From an uncultured virus (IMG/VR IMGVR_UViG_3300042908_001353) (Duplodnaviria > Heunggongvirae > Uroviricota > Caudoviricetes), in the IMG/VR virus record IMGVR_UViG_3300042908_001353: a stretch of 20,000 nucleotides of DNA, one strand, 5' to 3'. Numbering within the stretch: position 1 is the first letter of the stretch; every line of letters starts with the position of its first letter. Positions 1 through 8,100 of this stretch are shown here, piece after piece. Made by a program: the position numbers and the translations under genes. Below the pieces are notes generated by a model that did no database searches, was not told the DNA's origin, and was given only the letters and a program-made list of their open reading frames with translations.

Positions 1-2688
1 TTCTTCTGTCAAATCAAATCCATAATCTAACATTTCTTTTTTTATTTCAGAAATAAGTTGATTTTTAGTCATTCCCCCACGTCTATATAAAATTCCTTCT
101 TCATTTTCAATATCGAAATCTTCGGCACGATTACCCATTTTATAGTCCAAATGGTGATATATGTCGTCTATACTTGCTGATGAAATTGCTAATTTATCTT
201 CTTGCCAAGACATTAATCTTGAACCGCCTTGAATCATTTCAATTAAATCTTTTGAATATTTAGCAATATGCAATAATTGCTTTTTTGGAATTTCGCCACC
301 ATTTTTATATTTTTCCCAACCTTCTAACGAATGTTTTACATCGGCAATACTTTGTTCGATACGAGTTAATTTCATTTTAACCCATTCTTCCAAATTCGTA
401 TCTTCATCAATCATTTTATCAATCTTAATGGCATATTCATATATTTCACCAAGATTAATTAAAGCCATTTTTTTATCATAATCATAAATATCGAAATTGG
501 CTTCTCCACCACTTTTAAAATTACCTTTTTCATAATCTTCATATCCCTGTAATTCATTTACTTCTACACCAATAGGTCGTAAAGCAAAAGGTTCTGCATC
601 TAAACCAAATTCAAAGGTATATCCAACTTCTGCTAATTCGTTTTGTAAATCATTTAGCGTATTGTAATCACTTTCTTCCAATTCATAGTCATTCAAAATG
701 GCTTTAACATTTGCAGGAATATTTTCGTAATCTTCAAATAAATCTACATACGCAAATCCACCATTTTCCATTTTATCATCTTCCTCATCTTCATAACCTT
801 GTAATTCGTTTAAATTAACACCAATAGGTCTTAAACCATAAGGTATATTATCTAAATAACTTTCAAATGTATATCCAACTCCCTGTATTTCTTTGTGCAT
901 CTCAGCCATATCGGAATAATCCATTTCGCCTAAATCATCTCCAAACTTTTGAGCATATTTATCTAAAATAACTTGAACTTTTTGTGGAATATTTTCGTAA
1001 TCTACAAATAAATCCACATACGCAAATCCACCATTTGCATATTTAGGTTCATTTCCCAAAAATACTAATTCCGATATATCAAATTTAGCATATTCATTTC
1101 CTGTTTTATGTTTTATTTTGACTTCGTATGTTTTATTATTGGGCATTATTTTTACTATTTGTCCTTTACTATTAGTGTAATGACTTGGATAGTTTGGCAT
1201 TATTTTGACCATATCTCCAACTTGAAAAATAACATTCCCACCATTATCGTATTTATTTTTCATATATTTTTGTTTGTAATCATCAACCGTTAAAACTTCA
1301 ACAAGGTGTATATCGGAATTATCGTATTCATCAAGCCACATTTCTTTAACATACTTAATTGCATCTTTTTCATTATCAAAACTTGATAAATAACGGAATT
1401 TTAATAAGTTACCACCATCTTTTTCTAATTCTTTCGCCAATACAACAACTTCGATTTCATTATCTACGCTACCACCATTTGCATAACCTAAAATGTCGTC
1501 AAGCGAATAACCTGTATCATCACCAAATTGGGTATTGTAATCTTGATTTTGTAAATCCTTTACAATTTCATTTGCCATTCGTTCCATATATTTTGAACCC
1601 TCTTGACTTTGGCTTAAAATTAAACGTGCAACTCTAAAAAATTCATTAATTTCTAATGCACAAAAACGGGCAAATAAATAGTGTTGTATATGTCGGTTTC
1701 CTTCTTCAAAAACCATAGCAGGATATGAACTTGAAAATAATTCCCAAACAGGAACACCTAATCGTAAATCCATAGTTTCATTTTCTAATGAATCTACGCT
1801 ATCAATAATCATTTGTGAAGATTTCGGGTCATCGGGTAAACCTTGCGTACCAAAAACGTCCATAATGGCTTTTACTAATTCGTGAACTACAACAGGAAAA
1901 TTAATTCCACGCACTTTTAAGGTCGGTGGGTCTGTTTCATCTTCAATTTCTTCTTTACCTGCCATATTTGATGGTTGAGATGCCATTTGTTTGATAGTTT
2001 CATCGGGAAATAACCAATAAATAATATCGTTTGCTGACATCATTTTACCATATTCGTTAGTCATTTGTGGATTAATTTCATTTAATTCACCTGCTACTAA
2101 CTGAAACATATAGTGTCCTTTTTTTGAAGCACCTTGAATAAGCATATTAATAAATCTACGCTTATGTTTTTCCATTTCAAATAATTCGGATGCGGTCATA
2201 TTTTCTACTTCCGCTTGTTCTCCAAATTGGCTTTGAACTTCTTGTTGATTTTGTTCTTTTCCTTCCAAAATAAAACCTTCACCCGATATACTTCCCACAG
2301 GAACTATTTTAGCATCGTATAAAAATGCATCTTCGGGTATTTCCATTTCATTTACAACAACATCAACTGCTAATTTTTCAAGTTTTGGTATGTGTGGTTG
2401 TTCGGCATTTGTGATAGTGCGAACTGCACCCATTAAAACGCTTGATACTTCACCAATACTTGCAGGATTAATTTGTGGATTATATCGTTTCACTAAACTA
2501 ACCACATCGTTAAATCTTTTGTATGCAATTAATTCCAAAAAGTTTATTTGATTACCACTTGCATCAGTTTTAGGAAATGCAGGGTTTTTTGCTAAATCTA
2601 AACTATTTGATTTTATTTGATTTTCTAATTCGGGATTCATTCGTACCCCACTATTCAAATAAATGTTTTTTTGTTCTTCTAAATTCAT
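1..2688 (-). CDS. Large modular protein (>=896 aa, runs off the left edge; absent from the ORF track). N-terminal ~400-aa domain with an HELVK zincin-like motif, then short modules separated by [YFM]xxGG, including a KOW/SH3-like module and two duplicated module types
   Basis: Manual translation from ATG at 2688 (MNLEEQKNIYLNSGVRMNPELENQI...) is open to position 1. It contains KRRFINMLIQGASKKGHYMF, FPVVVHELVKAIMDVF (HELVK 1870-1884) and FQVGDMVKIM...KGQIVKI...YEVKI. It starts 10 nt after the stop of the upstream gene. Confidence 0.9.
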   Translation of the reverse strand, partial: MNLEEQKNIYLNSGVRMNPELENQIKSNSLDLAKNPAFPKTDASGNQINFLELIAYKRFNDVVSLVKRYNPQINPASIGEVSSVLMGAVRTITNAEQPHIPKLEKLAVDVVVNEMEIPEDAFLYDAKIVPVGSISGEGFILEGKEQNQQEVQSQFGEQAEVENMTASELFEMEKHKRRFINMLIQGASKKGHYMFQLVAGELNEINPQMTNEYGKMMSANDIIYWLFPDETIKQMASQPSNMAGKEEIEDETDPPTLKVRGINFPVVVHELVKAIMDVFGTQGLPDDPKSSQMIIDSVDSLENETMDLRLGVPVWELFSSSYPAMVFEEGNRHIQHYLFARFCALEINEFFRVARLILSQSQEGSKYMERMANEIVKDLQNQDYNTQFGDDTGYSLDDILGYANGGSVDNEIEVVVLAKELEKDGGNLLKFRYLSSFDNEKDAIKYVKEMWLDEYDNSDIHLVEVLTVDDYKQKYMKNKYDNGGNVIFQVGDMVKIMPNYPSHYTNSKGQIVKIMPNNKTYEVKIKHKTGNEYAKFDISELVFLGNEPKYANGGFAYVDLFVDYENIPQKVQVILDKYAQKFGDDLGEMDYSDMAEMHKEIQGVGYTFESYLDNIPYGLRPIGVNLNELQGYEDEEDDKMENGGFAYVDLFEDYENIPANVKAILNDYELEESDYNTLNDLQNELAEVGYTFEFGLDAEPFALRPIGVEVNELQGYEDYEKGNFKSGGEANFDIYDYDKKMALINLGEIYEYAIKIDKMIDEDTNLEEWVKMKLTRIEQSIADVKHSLEGWEKYKNGGEIPKKQLLHIAKYSKDLIEMIQGGSRLMSWQEDKLAISSASIDDIYHHLDYKMGNRAEDFDIENEEGILYRRGGMTKNQLISEIKKEMLDYGFDLTEE
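505..1041 (-). repeat. Tandem duplication of an ~85-90 aa module within the 1..2688 CDS
   Basis: NGGFAYVDLFVDYENIP...VGYTFE...LRPIGV..NELQGYED and NGGFAYVDLFEDYENIP...VGYTFE...LRPIGV..NELQGYED. The DNA acatacgcaaatccaccattt recurs with a 270-nt offset. Confidence 0.9.
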
Positions 2689-2698
2689 ACAATAGGTT

Positions 2699-4006
2699 TT
2701 ATTTATTTAAAAATATAAAGTCGTATTTACTTGCCTTTGGTTTTGGTTTAATTTTAGGTCTATAAGGCGTTTTTGGTGTTGTTGGTGTAATTGTCGGTGT
2801 AATTGTTGGTGTTATTGTAGGTTGATTCATTCCAACCCCACCTCCGTTGTCAAATTTTTGCAAGGGTTTTACTGCTATAAATCGAAATGATTTTTTTCTA
2901 TCTTTTGTTGGTGCTGAAATTTTTTGAATAACTGAATATCCGTTAGATTTTAATTCTTTGATTTTTGCTTTGAAATTGTTTATTTTTTCTAAATCTCCTA
3001 CCCAAATAATCTGATATTCGCCAATAATATCATATTTTTTCAAGTGTTGGTATAATCGCCCTGTTCTATCTTGCGGGAAATTTTCCCATATTACTCTTCC
3101 ATTTTGAATTTGCTCTTTATCTGAATTTAACATCAAACCTCTTGTATCTTGTAAATACCTTCGTTCAAGGTCTTGTAGTATTTCGTTCATTTCGGAATCC
3201 GAAATACCACCGCCATTAGTGAATAAATGAGGATAATCTTCTTTGTAAAAAATCATATTATATCTATCCCACATTGAATCTACAAATTGATTAGAGGTTC
3301 TGCCATAAGCAGAATTTACCCTATCCAAAATAACTTCCTTTACTTTTTTCTTGTCTTTATGTATCTCTACTATTTCATCAACAAATTTATAAGCATCTAA
3401 TTGTGTTTGTGTTTTTTCAACCCCACCACCATTTTCATATTGCCTATTTCTTGCACGATGTTTAGGATTTCTTCTTGATGGTTCTATTTCGTAATTTTCA
3501 TCATCATTGTCGTTATAGTGTTCTTTTGTCCAAGCACGACCTGTGGGATAACTTCTATCTTTTTTATTAAAATAATAATAAGCAATTAATCCTGCTACGC
3601 CAAGTCCAACTGCACCTGCAATTAAACCACCAACGGCATATTCTTGAAATTCTTCGGAATTATATTGTCCATTACTCAACAAATAAGTAATAAAATCATA
3701 TTCTTCTGTCGTAATATCCGTACCATCTTCATTTTCAATAAATAAAGCGTAATATTTTTCGATACCTTTTTCAAAGTAATCTCGGTCTTGTTCGGGATAT
3801 GTAGATTCCCAACCACCAAAAGAAATTGGGTAATAAATACCATAAACTTCACTTGCTTTTTTTAGAATATTTCCAATAGTATCGCTTTCATTTTCAATAA
3901 TATAACCACTATCGGAAAAATCGCTTACTTCACGGCTATCTTCGGTTGTTTCTTGAAAAGTAATTGAATACTTAAATAATCTACTTGGACTAATTAAAGG
4001 TTGCAT
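2699..4006 (-). CDS. Hypothetical modular protein (435 aa) with one TM helix, four [YF]xxGG motifs and a Pro/Thr/Lys-rich tail
   Basis: ORF track. YAVGG is followed by hydrophobic LIAGAVGLGVAGLIAYYYF and then NKK. Also YENGG, FTNGG, FDNGG and the tail PTITPTITPTITPTTPKTPYRPKIKPKPKA. Confidence 0.85.
   Translation of the reverse strand: MQPLISPSRLFKYSITFQETTEDSREVSDFSDSGYIIENESDTIGNILKKASEVYGIYYPISFGGWESTYPEQDRDYFEKGIEKYYALFIENEDGTDITTEEYDFITYLLSNGQYNSEEFQEYAVGGLIAGAVGLGVAGLIAYYYFNKKDRSYPTGRAWTKEHYNDNDDENYEIEPSRRNPKHRARNRQYENGGGVEKTQTQLDAYKFVDEIVEIHKDKKKVKEVILDRVNSAYGRTSNQFVDSMWDRYNMIFYKEDYPHLFTNGGGISDSEMNEILQDLERRYLQDTRGLMLNSDKEQIQNGRVIWENFPQDRTGRLYQHLKKYDIIGEYQIIWVGDLEKINNFKAKIKELKSNGYSVIQKISAPTKDRKKSFRFIAVKPLQKFDNGGGVGMNQPTITPTITPTITPTTPKTPYRPKIKPKPKASKYDFIFLNK
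2780..2822 (-). repeat. 12-nt coding tandem repeat (PTIT)x3
   Basis: tgttggtgtaat tgtcggtgtaat tgttggtgttat tgtagg on the + strand. Confidence 0.85.
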
Positions 4007-4010
4007 ATAA

Positions 4011-4430
4011 CTATGATTTTTGTTTAAAATAAACGGCTACACCAACAAGGACTATTAAAACCCCTATTCCGATGTATAAATTTCTTTGCGATGATTTTTT
4101 ATTTTCTTCAATTTGAGCCATCGCCATTCGTTGTTGATTTTGATTTATTGATTTTTTTTCTAAATCATATTGCTCAATAATTGGCTTGGAACAAGCATCA
4201 AATGCTGCTTTTTTCTTTTTTCCACCCCTACGTTTTCCGCATTGTAATTCAACCAATCTCTCGATTTCTGATTGGGATGCTTTTTTTGTGGCACTTGCAG
4301 TAGCAAATTGTCCTGCACCTTGCGTTATTTGACCTGCACCCTGCACTATTGCACCTACATCAACCATATTTGAAAACATTTCATCATCGAAATTTTCAAA
4401 TATTTCCGAATTTTCAAAGTAATTATTCAT
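4011..4430 (-). CDS. Small C-terminally membrane-anchored protein (139 aa)
   Basis: C-terminal LYIGIGVLIVLVGVAVYF followed by KQKS. Acidic N-terminus, QGAGQ duplicated, two Cys flanking a basic patch. Gaps to neighbours are 4-5 nt. Confidence 0.85.
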   Translation of the reverse strand: MNNYFENSEIFENFDDEMFSNMVDVGAIVQGAGQITQGAGQFATASATKKASQSEIERLVELQCGKRRGGKKKKAAFDACSKPIIEQYDLEKKSINQNQQRMAMAQIEENKKSSQRNLYIGIGVLIVLVGVAVYFKQKS

Positions 4431-4435
4431 AGTAT

Positions 4436-5101
4436 TTAATTTTCGTAAAATTCATTAACTGAATAGTTTGAATCGGCTTTTACCATTTCATACTTTTCAA
4501 TCGCTTGTTCTTGTGTTAAACGCACTTCTCGTTCCGTTTTTTTGCCTGTATTTGGCTCAATTAAAGTGTATAAAAAGATTGCATTATCATCAGCATCGTA
4601 AAACATATCATTTGAAACAAAACGATTTCCTTTCGCTATTTCAAAACGAACTACAAGTCCTTTTTTAAGATTATCAATTAAACTACTTTTTTTTGGCTTA
4701 CTTGTTTTACCTGCTTTTTTAGATACTGAATTTGCCCTGCGTTGCTTAAATTCTTCAACTAAATAATCGCAAAATTCTTTGGAATCAATATCATAAATTA
4801 CTCCATCAATTTCAACCTTTTCGCCATCCATTTTTTTTACACTCTTAGCAACTTTTTCAACCGCTTTTGGCTTGGTTGTTTTTGCTACTTTCGGTGCAGT
4901 TTTTTCAACTCTTGGTTTTGGCGTTTTGATTTCAACTTCTACTTCCTGTGGCTCAATAGTTTGTAATTTTGCTTGTAATTTTTCAATACCCTTTTGATAC
5001 AAAGGAATAAACTTTGCATCAGTTTTAGGATTTTTAATTAATTTTTGCAAGTCGGCTATTTTCTTTTTGATTTCGCCACCATCGTTGTATCTACGTTTCA
5101 T
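4436..5101 (-). CDS. Hypothetical basic protein (221 aa) with N-terminal YNDGG, Lys/Pro-rich linkers and a C-terminal domain paralogous to one in the helicase
   Basis: ORF track; A-rich stretch upstream of the ATG; LKKGLVVR...NDMFYDAD...NEFYEN. Confidence 0.85.
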   Translation of the reverse strand: MKRRYNDGGEIKKKIADLQKLIKNPKTDAKFIPLYQKGIEKLQAKLQTIEPQEVEVEIKTPKPRVEKTAPKVAKTTKPKAVEKVAKSVKKMDGEKVEIDGVIYDIDSKEFCDYLVEEFKQRRANSVSKKAGKTSKPKKSSLIDNLKKGLVVRFEIAKGNRFVSNDMFYDADDNAIFLYTLIEPNTGKKTEREVRLTQEQAIEKYEMVKADSNYSVNEFYEN

Positions 5102-5111
5102 TTTTTTGTAA

Positions 5112-8100
5112 TTAAAGTTCTAACAATATTTTTAATCCATTAATGTTTTCAATAATAGATTGACGTTCTTCTTCTTCTTCGGTTATTTCAAGTATTATTT
5201 CTAATCCTGCAATATTTTCAAGAATAAATGCTTTTTCATCATCTTCACCACCAACTTCCGTTATTTCTTCAATATCTTCTTCGGTAGTATCTTTTTCATA
5301 AAATTCATTTGTGATAAATTCTTGCATTGATTCATAAAACGCTATTGCATCCGCTTCCGTAATAACATCTTCCATTTCATCAACTTCATTATTATCAGCA
5401 TCCAAAATCAATGTAAATTTAATATATTCATTGGTGTCGGAATCGTAAAATAAATCGTTTTCATAGAACATACCATCTTTTTCAGTTCGTGTTCTTACAA
5501 TTAAACCTTTTTTCAAGCGACCAATAATTCTTGGCGTTTTAGGTTTTGTGGTTGATTTTTTTACTTGTTTCTTAACAATTTCTTCTTCTATTATTTCGGC
5601 ATCATCAACATTTGGTCTTATATCCAAAAACTGTCTTGGAGAAACAATAGTAGATGCTTCGTCTTGAACGAATGGTCGAAGTTGAGCATCAAGTAAATAA
5701 TTCATTTCAGAAAATTCACTTACTTTTTCTTCCAATGAGATTTGAGTGTAAAGTCGTTCTAATTTTTTTCTTGAATATTTTTCAATCAAACTATCAAATG
5801 AATTTGTTACGTTTTCTTTTTCTGTTGTAAACGCATTTACTTGATTTTTTAGTTCTTCAACTGCCATATCAACATCTTGAATGTCGATACCTAAAATTTC
5901 AAGTGTTTCTTTTATTTTGTTATATTTTTTTACAGCATCTTTATAATCAATCAAAGTTTTTACTACATCTGACTTCCATCTATAATTAACATACCGTGTT
6001 ATATCTTCTTCTTGTGGAATTGACATATTGTACTTACCATTGTCAAATCTTGAAAAATAATCTTCAACAAAATTATATTGAATTTCGTACATATCGTCAT
6101 CGGTCAAACTATTGAATTTTGAATTTGAAGAAAGAACAATATCATTAATTTTATTGATTAAATCTATTTTGTCGCTACTTGTACCTAATTCCGAATATTG
6201 TATTTCTTCAAAAGGTTTTTCATTCGTTAATTCATTTTTTCTATTTCTTTTCTCTGTAATTTTTCTTCCTATTTTTTGTTTTTCCGAATCTACTTTTTCC
6301 TTTAATTGTTCATCTAATAAGTCATTTATTTCTTGGTCAATGTTTTTAATTTTTATGTTATGTTTTTTGTAATCATAATAAGCAGAAATTACAACTAAAA
6401 TGCCCCGTACAATGTTTTCATCTTCCTTCAATATATTTTGGTATTTTTTTGCTTGTCTTAACTCATCAATTCGATTATTTCTCAAATTAATATCGGATGT
6501 TAGTTGTATTGTTTTTTCTTCAATATCAAATCTTGCTAAATCTTCGGGTTCATCTAATATCCTTTTTCTTAATTCTCCTAAATCAAATTCTTTTGTATCT
6601 AATACTGCACCTGTATTGTTTTTATCCCATAAAGTTTTAATTCTCAATGTTTTTTCATACAATTTTTGAAATACGGGTGGGTCAAATGAATTTCGTATCA
6701 TAGGATAAACAATACGAACATTAGCAAATCTGTTGCCCTGTCTATGGATTCTACCTGCAACTTGTTCATTAGTGGTCGGGTTCCAATCAAAATCACATAA
6801 AAACAACGTAGATGAATTATTTTGTAAATCAACCCCTGTTGAAATAGCCGATGAACCTAACATTATTATTGAACGACCTTTCAAAAACCTATTTTTTTCT
6901 TTTTCTCTATTTATTCTATTTGTTTTTCCCGAAACGATTGAAATATCATCGTAGGAATATCCTAAAATGTTTACTAAATAACTTTTTATTTTTTCTAAAC
7001 CTGTTTCACTCCAACTGAAATTAAGTCGTGTATTTTTTACATTAATTCCAATATTCATATAAATTATACAACCCGATAATGGTTTATCGTTGGCTTTTTC
7101 GTAATCGTGTATTGATTTTATACATTGTACGGCATAATTTATTTTAGGTGAAGATTCTACATATTGTTGTGGCGTTGGTTCAAAACCACTTTCTTTTGCA
7201 CAAACTGATAAATACGGACTTAAAGTAATTTGTTTTAGAATATTCAAACCAATTTGAACTCGTAATTTTGATTTATCACTTTCTGTTAAGTCGTTTTCAT
7301 CAACCGTTTCTTGTTTTTTTTCTAATATTTTTTGAACGGCTTTTTTCAATCTAAAAAAATCTTCTTCTTCTTCAAGCGGAAATTCAAGTGAATTAAAATC
7401 TTCTTGTTGTTCTTCTGTACCTCTTTCGTTGATTATTGCTAATAAATCTTCTTCTGAAATTTCATCAATATCAATTACATCTTGATTATCTTGACACAAT
7501 TCTGTGTAATCTATATTACCCCTAATATAATCTTTTACTTTTTTGAATAAAATATCCTGTTCGCTTGTTTCGGGCAAAATACTTCTTTCATCTATTGGAG
7601 AATTAGGCAATAAATATTTTTTAGGTCTTTTGATATTTGCATCTTCACCACTTTTGTAGTTCATTATTGCATAAATCATATTTCGCAAAGCAGGTAAATT
7701 CAGAAACCCTACTAATTGTTCTTTTCTTTCTACACCACTTGGACTAAATACTAAATCATAACTAACATCCATAAAAATATCATAGAAATCAGTCATATTA
7801 TTGAAATCAAATTTTGACAAAAAACCATAATTAGTTAATGCCAACATACCATATATTTCATTTGGCGAGTTGGTAAATGGCGTTGCAGTAAGTTGAATTA
7901 CATTTCTATCATTTGTATCTATATTTATGTATCGGCTTAAAAAATAACCACTTAAAGCAAGATTAGTATATTTTTTATTGCCTACATTGTATCTTCTAAC
8001 ACGGGTTTTATCGCTTTCAACATAGGTTTCATAACCATATCGGTCTTTTGCTTTAATCATTTTATAGTCGCCTAATGTATCCGTGTAGTTATTTTTGATA

